From: Octopus sinensis
Lineage: Eukaryota
Reading direction: 5' to 3'
Length of the DNA stretch: 64,000 nt
Assembly (NCBI RefSeq): GCF_006345805.1
Contig: NC_042999.1
Coordinates: 153,946,001-154,010,000 of the forward strand
The position numbers were made by a program, and so were the translations under genes. Shown here piece by piece: positions 53,488 through 64,000 of this stretch (its first letter is position 1; each line of letters starts with the position of its first letter). A model generated the notes under the pieces. It did no database searches and was not told the origin of the DNA. It worked only from the letters and a program-made list of their open reading frames with translations.

Positions 53488-55285
53488 ATGACTGCTTATT
53501 TTTAGAGTGATGCTGTTGGGCAGGCGAGATAGACTGAATCTGGCCAATTTGAATATAAAACAAGCAGAACATTTGGGCTGAATATGACTAGGGCTAAAAC
53601 ATTACTGTAAGATAAAGGGAAAAACTGACAAAATTCAGCAGGTTTTAAAAGAGAGCATAAAGTGAACAATGAATATTTAATAGTGAAATTAACCAAAACG
53701 CATGCAATATATATGATGACATCTGCAAATAAATACATTTAAAAGGGCAGCAAAATGGAAAAGATTAGCAGGAATTAGTCACAATAATCACTTGCTACAA
53801 CTAATATTGAGAATGTAAGAAAGATTATTTGTTGAGGATGCAGTTAAAAACTAGGAAAACACCAGGAGTTGTTAAGAGACTATACATGCTGTCTCTGAAA
53901 GAATTAACAAGGACAAATTGAACGAAAAGCATAATCAATCATTAGTCCCTTAACCCTCTTGATACCGACCCACCTGTAAAAACTGCCCCTGGTCCTATCA
54001 CATAAAAAGATTCTTGCTTTAAAGGATTCTAAATTAAAGCATTTTATGCTTTATTCCAAATACTAGCTTGAATAATGACTAAGTACTTCTACTAAAGTCT
54101 TGATTATTCTTTAAATTGTTCCAAAGGCAGTATATTTCAGCAGAAATATGGCAACAAAAGGGTTATGGAGAATTTCAGATGAAAGTATAAAACTGATTTT
54201 GTTATTCATTGATTAATTACTAATGATTGTCCAGTAGTTTGAAAGGGGACAAAAAAGGCAGATTAAAAAAAGAAAATAAAAAAAGGAAAAACACGATGGG
54301 TGAATAAACCTACTTGTGAGGGTTTGTTCATTTGTTTCCATAGCGGAATAAAAGGGGAGAATTCTGGTGTCCGGGCCTAGAGTAACTATTGATTTAAGAC
54401 AGGACTTCAGCCAAAGTTTAGAGGGAAATATTATATTTTTCTCTTTTAGAGATCACCTATGCAAAGAAATTTGGGAGAGAAACAAGATATTTATTTATTA
54501 CACATGAGAATTAACAACAGAGATGTTGTTCTTGTAAAATAAAACAAACTAGGAATACGGTTACAACAAATGGAGAAACCTGAGAATATTGGAATGAAGA
54601 AGTCAATACATAAATGGAAGAATGGCAAACATGACACACTTTCTAAAATGAAATTGTTGTAGAATTCGTATTATTGGGAAGGTGAAAATTAATCCGGAAA
54701 AAAAAAAAAAAAAAAAAAAAAAGGGTTGCTAGATGTAAGTCACATGACTAGCTATATAAAATAGTTAAAAGCTTATTTAGGAAAATAAATCTTATTCTAT
54801 CTGATTTTGACAGTTTTCCCTTTATCTCATAAAACCAAAAATAATATGGATTGGTTTAGGTAAAGAAGAAACAAAAGGGGTGACATATCAGTTAATATTT
54901 GAGGATATACTGGATGGAATAGTTATCAGATATTACACTGACCTGTTAAAATACTGGGTTGAAAGTTAAGAAAAACAAGACAGGGAAATTTTACACAGTA
55001 GATCAAACAGTTAATATGTTTGGTTGGACAATTAACACACTGTAGTGAACACACTAGGGCAAGAAGTTAACACAAGGGATTAAACAGTTAACAGACATTA
55101 GATTGAACAGTCAAAGCATTTAATCAAACAGCAGTCTCATCAGAATGACATTGGAACAAAAATATAGAATGAAAATGCTTAGAAGTTTATAATTGATGAA
55201 AATATGGCAAACCTGATAGAGTTCTGTTTTAGCTGAGACTGGGAAAATAAATTTGTAAAATACTGTAGATTTAACTCTTTCACAG

Positions 55286-55726
55286 TTAACCCTTTCATTA
55301 CCAATCCGGCTAAAACCAGCTCTGGCTCTTTAGTATAAATGTCTTGTTTTCATAACTTTTGAATTGAAATCTTCCACCAAATTTATGTTCCTAACACTAG
55401 CTTAACCCTTTCGTTACTGTATTTATTTTGAGATACTCTGTGTTTCTTTCAATTACTTTAACTATAACAAAGAATTTAGTAAAATATGTTAGTTATCATT
55501 CAGCTAGTGTTAGGAACATAAATTGTGACTAAGGTTTGGTGGAAGATATTAATTCAAAACTTATGGAAACAAGACATTTGTACTCAGAATCAGAGCCGGT
55601 TTCAGCCGGGTTGGTAACGAAAGGGTTAATGATAACTAAGTTATTTCGCTAAATTCTTTGTTATATTTAAACTAATTGAAAGAAACACAGAGCATCTCAA
55701 AATACATACAGTAATGAAAGGGTTAA
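55286..55726. mobile_element. piggyBac-like MITE, outer copy of the same family in opposite orientation, split by the inner copy
   Basis: ttaaccctttcattac at 55286 and gtaatgaaagggttaa at 55711-55726. The two halves rejoin at ctagc-TTAA-tgataac into the reverse complement of the inner copy. Confidence 0.85.
55402..55629. mobile_element. piggyBac-like MITE (TTAA-CCCTTT...AAAGGG-TTAA), inner copy
   Basis: Perfect terminal inverted repeats ttaaccctttcgttac / gtaacgaaagggttaa; duplicated TTAA at 55402 and 55626. Confidence 0.9.
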
Positions 55727-56245
55727 ACCAGCCATATCCAGCCCAAATATTCTACCTGTCTTATATTCAAACCAGCCAGGGCCAGCCAATCACACCTATC
55801 TTCCATTGTTATTTTACAATCAAGCAACAACTTCATCAAAATCTCAAAGCTGTGAGATAATGCATTTCTTTTTTTTTTTTCTCTTTTTAAAGTCCGTTTC
55901 TCATTCTGGCATGGGTTGGAAGACTTGACCAGAGCTGGCGAGCAAGGGAGCTCCACCAGGTTCCAGTCTGATTTGACATAGTTTCTACAACTGGATGCCT
56001 TTCCTAATGCCAAATGATTAATCAAAAATACTGTGATTAAATAAGGATTACATTTGATACAGTAATCTGAATGCTAAAAGGTTAAATATATGAGGAGTTT
56101 AAGCCTTCAGCATTTAAACTGTCCATATCTGGCCAAAATACTCTATCTGTACTATATTCAAACTGGCCAGATGTGGCCTCTCACACCAATCCTACAATTA
56201 ACAGTAAATTAAGTTACTTCATCAAAATCTCAAAGCTACAAGATA

Positions 56246-56627
56246 CCCTTTTACTTGTTTCAGTCATTTGATTGTGGCCATGCTGGAGCACTGCCTTTAG
56301 TTGAGCAAATCACCCCCAGGACTTATTCTTTGTAAGTCTAGTACTTATTCTATCTGTCTCTTTTGCCAAACCACTAAGTTACGGGGGCGTAAACACACCA
56401 GTATCGGTTGTTAAACAATGTTGCGAGGACAAACACAGACACACAAAAATATACACATACATATATGATGGGCTTCTTTCAGTTTCTGTCTACAAAATCC
56501 ACTCACAAGGCTTTGGTCAGCCCAAGGCTATAGTAGAAGACACTTGCCCAAGGTATCACGCAATGGGACTGAACCCGGAACCATGTGGTTCATAAGCAAG
56601 CTACTTACCACACAACCACTCCTATGC
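56246..56627 (-). mobile_element. SINE family A inserted in a MITE
   Basis: caagata is present on both sides. Confidence 0.88.
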
Positions 56628-57243
56628 CAAGATAATGCATGATTAATTCAAAACAATATGACTAAATAAGCATTTCTTTTGATGGAGTAATGTGAATGCT
56701 GTGTCAGAGATAATGTCTATTCTACTCCTGATACTAAGTAACCTCATGCCAAAGTTATACTCCATAATTATTCAAATCATAGAAACACAACCTGCTTCCT
56801 CATCCTCTCTTCAACGATGCACAAAGTTGCTACAAAAACCAAGTCTCACAATCTCATGAACTTTCCAGGCAATCTTACATACATAACAAAATAAAATCTG
56901 GACTTCATCTTAAAAGATAAAACTCTCTCCTTCAGATCTTGTTCCACCAGGCAAAATGGTAATTAAAGTGTGCCTTGTATGCCAGAAAATATGGTACTTT
57001 GTAAGTTACCTGTCATACGACGGTTAAAACTAGTGTGTGTGTGCGCACGTGCGTGTGGTGCAAAAGTTTAAAAAAAAAAAAGAGACAAGGTAAGAATAAA
57101 CAAAACAGTTTATGCTCAGGGAAACTGGAAGGTAAAAATCTTTTGTTTTGAGCATATGCTCTTTGACAATAAGAAAAGATGATGAAAGAAAATGAAAAGA
57201 GAAGAGAAAAGAAAGTATTTCAATTAGATTGTTACCATACATT

Positions 57244-57282
<39 letters not shown>

Positions 57283-57389
57283 AAGTATCATCTAAATTAT
57301 GCAAAAGTGAAAATAACACTGACATCTCATTTTAACAAATATATTTACCAAACCTACATAAAAATATCTTGAAAGACTAAAGATTAAAT

Positions 57390-58148
57390 TTATTCAATAA
57401 AATCGCCATTGGCTTCAACAATGGCCTCCAGCTGACTTCAGAATCTCCTGCAACTCTTCTGGACGGTCTCCTGGTTTAAGTTGGTGGAAGCTCCCATAAT
57501 CCTTGCCTTCAGTTCATCTTTGGTGTTACAAGTTTTGCTGGTCACTCACTCAACGACACCCCACACATAATAATCAAGGGGGTCACAGTCTGGGGAGTCA
57601 GGTGGCCAGAGGTTAGAGGTGATGTGGTCGCAGAAATTGTCTGACAGCCATGACTGTGTTCTCCTGTTTGTGTGGCATGGTGCAGAGTCCTGTTGCCAGA
57701 CATAGGGTCTTCCAGCAGCCACCCTCAGGGCAGTACTACCTCCTCCAGGGTCTCGATGTAGGCCTCTGTGTTGAGTCTGAGGTCGTATGGAAAGATGAAT
57801 GGAGGCATAACATACCATCACTAGTTATCACTCCAAACATCATGATGTTGACTGGGTGTTTGAATTTTAGCACTTTCGGTTCATGTTCTCAAATTGCATT
57901 GTCTTCAGATTGACACCCAAACACTTTGAAATGTTCATATTGGAGCTTCTGGCACGAATGCCAAGCAGTACAGCATGTCGTTCCCAAATTTCTGGCAGAG
58001 TGAACTGTGTCACGGTGCTGCTTTTCTCATAGACAGTGCCCAACTGATCCTACTATCCTGTGTAGTCGACAAAATCAAAAACAGACAATGCGCATGGAGA
58101 AAATTAAAAATATAGAATGGCAACAATTTACCCATCGCACCCTGTGTA
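57390..58148 (-). mobile_element. Internally deleted, frameshifted Tc1/mariner-superfamily DD37D (maT) transposon
   Basis: N-terminal HTH-like PEIWERHAVLLGIRARSSNMNISKCLGVNLKT, then KHPVNIMMFGVITSDG, YVWQQDSAPCH, WPPDSPDCDPLDYYVWG (37 residues between the two catalytic Asp) and C-terminal CRRF*SQLEAIVEANGDFIE*. 5' terminus resembles TA..CAGGGTG at about 58148; 3' TIR not found. Confidence 0.9.
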
Positions 58149-58194
58149 GTATGTATGTATGTATGTATGTATATATATATATATATATATATAT

Positions 58195-58384
58195 AATTTC
58201 TTTGACATTCATATTATTCTGTCAAATATAATTCTTATTTATTCACATTGTTTTGAATTAATCATGCATTATTGTTTTAGAATGACATTGTAGAATAGGT
58301 ATGAGGGATCAGATCTGGCCAGTTTAAACATAAACCAGGCAGAATATTTTGGCCAAATATGGCCAGTTTAAATGCTAAAATTAA
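58195..58384. mobile_element. Second TTAA-ended MITE family (…ttagcatt…aatgctaaa(g)ggttaa)
   Basis: The same body occurs at 10242 (5' part), 51465-51661, 55727-56045 and 56098-56700; several copies are split by SINEs. Confidence 0.7.
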
Positions 58385-58954
58385 GTTATCACTTCATAAA
58401 GCAAATGGCAGTGTTATTTGAACAAAACAAAATTCTAAATACTTAGTGTTAATGCTTTAAATACATGGAGTATTACAACAATGGACACCTTTGTTTCCAT
58501 GCTTGCATGAGAGTCAGACAGAGTTAACTGAGGCTGATTTTCTGCAGCTGGATGCCCTTCATGCTGCCAACCCTTACCTGTTTCCAAACAAGGTAATATT
58601 TCATCATGGTCACACACATTTTTGAATAAGATTAGAAACAAAGGACACCGCTTGTATGATGGTGATGTTCCTTTGCAACTATCACACAATGCCAAGACAA
58701 GGAGACACACAAACACAGACATACACACGCCCCTTTCTGTTTCCCGTAACAAATCCATTTTTAAGGTTTTGATCAAATGAAGGCTTTAGCATAAGATACT
58801 TGACCAAAATCTCATGCAGTAGGACTGACCCCAAAATCTCGGCTCACAAGTGAGATTCTTGATTACATCTGCACCTAGAAATATATCTGGTGAAGACCAA
58901 AATGAAGTTTACTCACCACTCCAGGTGTTAGATATACTCACACTAACAAACTGC

Positions 58955-59350
58955 TTTTTCATCTTTTATCTTCTATGTGTTTCAATCATTAAACTGCAGC
59001 CAAGCTGGAGCACCGCCTTGAACTTATAGATGAATGAAATGACCCAAATACTTCTTTTTAATTCTGGCACTGATTCTATCAGACTCTTTTGCCAAACTGC
59101 TAAGTTATGTGAATGTAAACATACTAGCCCTGGTTGTCCAGTGGTGGTGAGGGACAAACAAAGACACACACATATATACACACGTGTTATGGGCTTCTTT
59201 CAGTTTCCATTTACTAAATCCACTCACAAGGCTTTGGATGACTTGAGACTGTAATAGAAGACTTTTACCCAAGGTGACATGCAGGGGATCTGAACCTGGA
59301 ACCATGTGGTTTGGAAACAAGCTTCTTATCACACAGCCATACCTTCACCT
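58955..59350 (-). mobile_element. SINE family A
   Basis: Full, diverged match. Confidence 0.85.
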
Positions 59351-59619
59351 ATGTGTCACACCTGTGAATGCTATTTCCAAACAAAACATTGCATAACATT
59401 TTCATATATTTTCCCCAAATAAAGTAGTGTTAATGTAATATCTGAGGCTGTTGTTTTTGTTGTTATTAACGTAGTCTCTGATTAATCTGGTGCTGAGAAT
59501 TATATTATATTTAAACTAATGTCATCATTGAAATATCTACATATAAATGAGAGCAGTTCTTTAGCTTTCATAATGCTTTCATTAATATTCTAAGATAAAA
59601 ATATTAAAAAAAACCTGCT

Positions 59620-60010
59620 ACATTGTATGTGTGTGTGTGTGTGTGTATGCCAATGCATATGTGTGAATATGTAATTAGGTTTGTACATATGGATAAGTAT
59701 GCATGTATGTAAATATGTGAATATGTATGTATATATATGTGTGTGTGTGTGGATATATGTATGTATGTGTGTGCCTATGTAAGTATGTATGTGTGTGCCT
59801 ATGTAAGTATGCATATGTATGTGTGAATATGTAAGTCGTTATGTATGTGTAGATATGTATGTAAATATGTGAATATATATGTATATGTGTGGGTGGGTGG
59901 ATGTATGTATGTATGTATGTGTGTGTATGTCTATGCACGTGTGTGTGTGAATATGTAAGTCGGTATGTATGTGTAGGTAAGTACGCATGTATGTACATGT
60001 GAGTGTATGT
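59620..60010. repeat. Degenerate (TG)/(TA)/(TATG) compound microsatellite
   Basis: Direct reading; similar tracts at 16385-16670, 19940-20370 and 23725-23845. Confidence 0.9.
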
Positions 60011-61342
60011 CTCAAAGAAATATCAATTTTAAAATCAACCTCACGATCTAAAAAGAGCATACTATTTGTTTCATATGAATAAGTTAGCTATTGAAAATAT
60101 ATTAGAAACTGAAGTTAGTTTAACCTTTGGCTGTCATTAAAAATAAACTTGCTATAACCAGATTTTTGCAATAATTTTAATGCAAAATCATTAAAAATTG
60201 TTATTAAAAAAACTAACACATTATTTATCTACCTAAGAAAGTTTTTTCTTTTCCTCTATCTTCTGATTGTAACCTTAATTACTTTCATCAATTTATTAGC
60301 CATTAACAAAGACCTAATGGCCATCCAGGTCTAGATACAACAACAGTTCATAATGACCTAAGCAATGTATTTATTTATTTATTTATTAATTTATGGATTT
60401 ATTTATTTAATCAATAGGTGCAGGTATGGCTACAGGTGAAGGTGTGGTTAAGACACTTGCTTTCCAACCTGATGCCTCAGGTTCAGTCACAGTATAGCAG
60501 TTTCGACAAAGTGTGTTCTATATTCCAGGACTGACCAAAGGCTTGCAAACGAATATGTTAGAGACACCGAGAGAAGCTAATTCTGTGTGTGTGTATATGT
60601 ATATGGATGTATGGTGTTTCTGCGTACCCTTGCCTTCACATCAATTGATGATCCTTAATGAGCATCACAATCATACTAACGGTGCTGTTCATTTCCTGTC
60701 TTCTACAGCAAAATTGCTTGGAAACAGATGAGGGTTGACACCTGGAAGAGCATCCAGCAGCATCCATGAGCTAAAAATCTGACTCAACAAATACCATTTG
60801 AATAATGCAAGCATAGGAAAGTGACCATTAAATGATGATATCTGGAACATAAATTAACATGAAATTTCTATGTGAAGTTTTAATTTAGACCATGTTAAAA
60901 CAGGATGTTTGTAGCTGAGATCCAGGGGCAACCCCAGGCTGGTTTGGCATCAAAAGAGCTACAGTTTTGATAGTTTATCTTCCGATTCTTCTTAACAGTT
61001 TATCTGACCCTTAACTAACTATGGCTTGACTGAATGAATGCCTTGACTTGTGAAAGATTAGGGGCACAATCTCTGTCTATTATTTCTCAAAGGAACAGAA
61101 AATCACCCACCACCACCACCACCACCACACACACACTATTCTGTGTGAACTACTTTTAACTTCAACTGTATTTCTTTAAATGGTGACATGACTTGCTAGA
61201 AATAGCACATATCCTACCATGCTTAAAAAGAAGGACGCTAACATACCTGCAAAAGTGAGTTAAAAAAAGCAAAAAAAAAAAAAAAGCAATCACAATTAGA
61301 AAGCCTTTGATTATATTTCTACTCTAACCTGACTGATTATAT

Positions 61343-61745
61343 TGTGCAGATGTGGCTTTGTAGTAAGAAGCTTGCTTACTAACCACATGGTTCCAGGTTC
61401 AAACCCACTGCATGGCACCTTGGGCAAATATGTTCTTCTACAGCCTTGAGTTTACCAATCCTTGTGAGTGGATTTGGTAGATGGAAACTGAAAGAAGTTT
61501 ATTTGTGTGTGAGTGTGTTTGCTTCTGTGTATAAGCCCAACAACCATCTGACAACCAGTGTAAGTGTTTACACTCTAAAACCGACCCACCTTGGTGTCAC
61601 TTAGCAGTTCAGAAAAAGACACCAACAGTGTCTTTGAAAAGGAACAAAAAAAAAAAAATCTACTGGGGTCTATTCATTTGATTGTAAATTCTTCAAGGCC
61701 GTGCCCCAGCATGGCCACAGTCAAATGACTGAAACGAAAGACAGA
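61343..61745 (+). mobile_element. SINE family A
   Basis: Full, diverged match. Confidence 0.85.
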
Positions 61746-62334
61746 AGGTGAAGAAAAAGAAATGGGCTAAACAACAAGTGATAAAACAATCTCATATATC
61801 CTCCACCTGTGTTCTGGGCACAGTTGCTTCTTCCCTTAACGAAAATAATTATTGATTCTAAAGTAAGTTCAAATTTATGTCAGCCACAGAATATTGATTG
61901 AGGTTCTGAGATGGTGCAAAACACTTTATCAGAAATATCTGCATCATAGAATTTCAAAGGTGTAAAAAAAAAAAAAAAGTCTGCTTGCATGACTAAGGCT
62001 CCATCTCAACAAAACTGCACCAGCTGCAATTCTTTATTTTCTGATTTTCTTTTCAATCATACAGAAGTGACTGCTTCTTTCTCTCAAAGACACCAATCTC
62101 ATCAACTACCAACATAATTTATCCTCAAAAAAGGTTTGGTACTACGTTTAAAGAAAAGAGAAAAAAAATTACAATGGAAAGTGGTGGTGGAATGGCTTCC
62201 ATTGTTTCGCCCATTAGACTGTGGCCATGCTGGGGCACCGCATTGAAGAACTTTAGTCAAACAAATTGACCCGGCATTTTTTTTTTTCTTGTTTTAAACC
62301 TGGTACTTATTTTATCAGTCTCTTCCAGTGTTTT

Positions 62335-62712
62335 ACTCGTACTCTGAAAGGATGAAAAGCAAAGTCGACCTCGGCAGAATTGAACTCAGAACGTAAAAAC
62401 AGACAAAATACCACTAAGCATTTTGTCCAGTATGCTGGCGATTCTGCCAGCTCACTGCCTTAATAATATCAATAATAATAATAATAATAATAATAAATTC
62501 AAATTTTGCCACAAGGGCAGCAATTTTGTGTGTGGGGGAGGGGACAAATTGATTACATTGACCTCAGTGTTCAAGCGGTATGTATTTTATCGACCCCAAA
62601 AGGATGAAAGGCAAAGTCGACCTCAGTGGAATTTGAACTCAGACCGTAGTAGTGGATGAAAAACAGTTAAGCATTTTGTCCAGCACGCTAACGTTTCTGC
62701 CAGCTCACTGCC
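62335..62712 (-). mobile_element. Two family-B SINEs
   Basis: 62335-62460 and 62480-62712, separated by (TAA)n. Confidence 0.85.
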
Positions 62713-63603
62713 TTTACAAAACAAGACCCAACCAGAGTCAAGGCAAATAATGATAATTCCCAGAATTATTTGACTACATTTTAAAACTGGAATAAAGTTA
62801 GTGTGTTACAAATAGAAAACAAAGGAAAAAATACAATTGAGAGAGAGAGAGAGAAAGAGAGATGATGAAATTCATCTTAATTTGTTCGCTGACCTTTTCC
62901 AAAAATGTTTCAATCTAGGTACTTTTGTGTTTTTTTTTTAGGAACAACTGTTTCAATTACGTTCATTTGTAACATAAAAATCAATGCTGAATGATCAGTT
63001 GAATCCAAATTTCTTCATTTACTGATTCAACCATTTACTTCATTTAATGCTAAACCTGTAATCTATGCTCAGTGATGGTTGACTAATATGGGACGAAGGG
63101 AACACTGCTGATCGCCAGGTAGTCACCATTCCTTAGCATTTATGTTCCATGCTGGCATGGGTTGGATACTTTGACAGGATCCAACAAGTCCAATGACTGT
63201 ATTGTGCTCTACCATCTACTTCGACATGGTTTCTCTGGCTGGATGTCCTTCCTGATACCAACCACTCTCCTTGTTTATCCTTCCTATAAGAAGAAGAGCA
63301 CATGCTTAAAAAATAAAACACATTGCCTTCATTTTTCCCATTTCTTGAGCACAATAATCTAAAACCTTCTGTGCTTGCTTGTTTCTTTTTACTTAGCACC
63401 AAATAAAAAACACTGGTGATAGTGCCACATAGAAAGTATCCAGAACACAGTAAAGTGGTTGGTGTTAGGAAGAGCATCCAGCTGTAGAAATCATGCCAAA
63501 ACAGACTATGGAATTTGGTGTGGCCCTCAACCATCCAAATTATGCCAGCATGGAAAACAGATGTTAAATAATGATGTGTATACATGTGCACATATAAACA
63601 CAC

Positions 63604-63654
<51 letters not shown>

Positions 63655-64000
63655 ATATATATATAATGTGCTTCTGTACAGTTTCCATCAACCAAATTCT
63701 AATCACAAGGCACTAGTCAATTCAATATGATGCTGGAGCTGAAGACATTTGTCCTAAGTGCAGCACAGTGGTATTTGAACCCTGAACCTAGTGACGGTGA
63801 CCAGAACAGTTTACATCACCAACAAGTCATTTGATCAGAGATTAGTAGCAACAACAACAGCAACAAGGGTCAACAGAGGAACCCCCTCGAGTACAAAACA
63901 AGTAAATATAAGTATCTCAGATAACACAGGTTAACATTTACCAAGGTATGATATTATAAGCAGTTAGAGCTAAACAGAAATCAAATCACATCAGTGCTGC

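Noticed and set aside
512-63716. Most ORFs in the supplied track (YIYI, THTH, CVCV, SLSL runs; WASFSFRLPNPLTRLW; RQSRPRRNLNSE; LALGRASSCRN)
   Set aside because: They are translations of microsatellites or of SINE families A, B and C.
320-63790. tRNA genes suggested by A/B-box-like motifs (tggcagaa…gagttcaaat, gttcagtccc)
   Set aside because: Each runs into a multi-copy SINE body and lacks a full cloverleaf.
1-64000. A novel multi-gene (defence, phage or biosynthetic) system
   Set aside because: Coding density is near zero, there is no operon structure, and the only long protein similarities are decayed transposon proteins.

Overview
This window is not prokaryotic. It is AT-rich, microsatellite-dense, intron-like eukaryotic DNA, and its dispersed repeats match, from my recollection, the tRNA-derived SINEs of Octopus genomes (species not determinable). 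Roughly a third to half of it is transposon-derived. There are four or five SINE-like families, a 5'-truncated R4/Dong-type retrotransposon, an RTE/BovB-type 3' fragment and a decayed DD37D (maT) transposon. There are also a non-autonomous Helitron and piggyBac-, hAT- and mariner-type MITEs, many nested with readable target-site duplications (TSDs). The best host-gene signal is on the minus strand: a start-containing coding exon at 24560-24329 ending in a GTGAGT donor, below a CpG-rich, CCAAT-containing promoter-like zone (about 25.8-31 kb). A candidate 14-nt microexon and a calponin-homology-like exon lie downstream, but the protein is not identifiable. Almost all ORFs in the supplied track are translations of repeats. 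I found no CRISPR array, rRNA, true tRNA or multi-gene novel system. The most interesting signals are structural: a perfect 46-bp foldback, a (TAA)n-targeted R4 insertion into a SINE tail, MITEs self-nesting at an internal TTAA, and a SINE orientation switch across the promoter-like zone. Repeat boundaries are hand-read and approximate unless a TSD is quoted.
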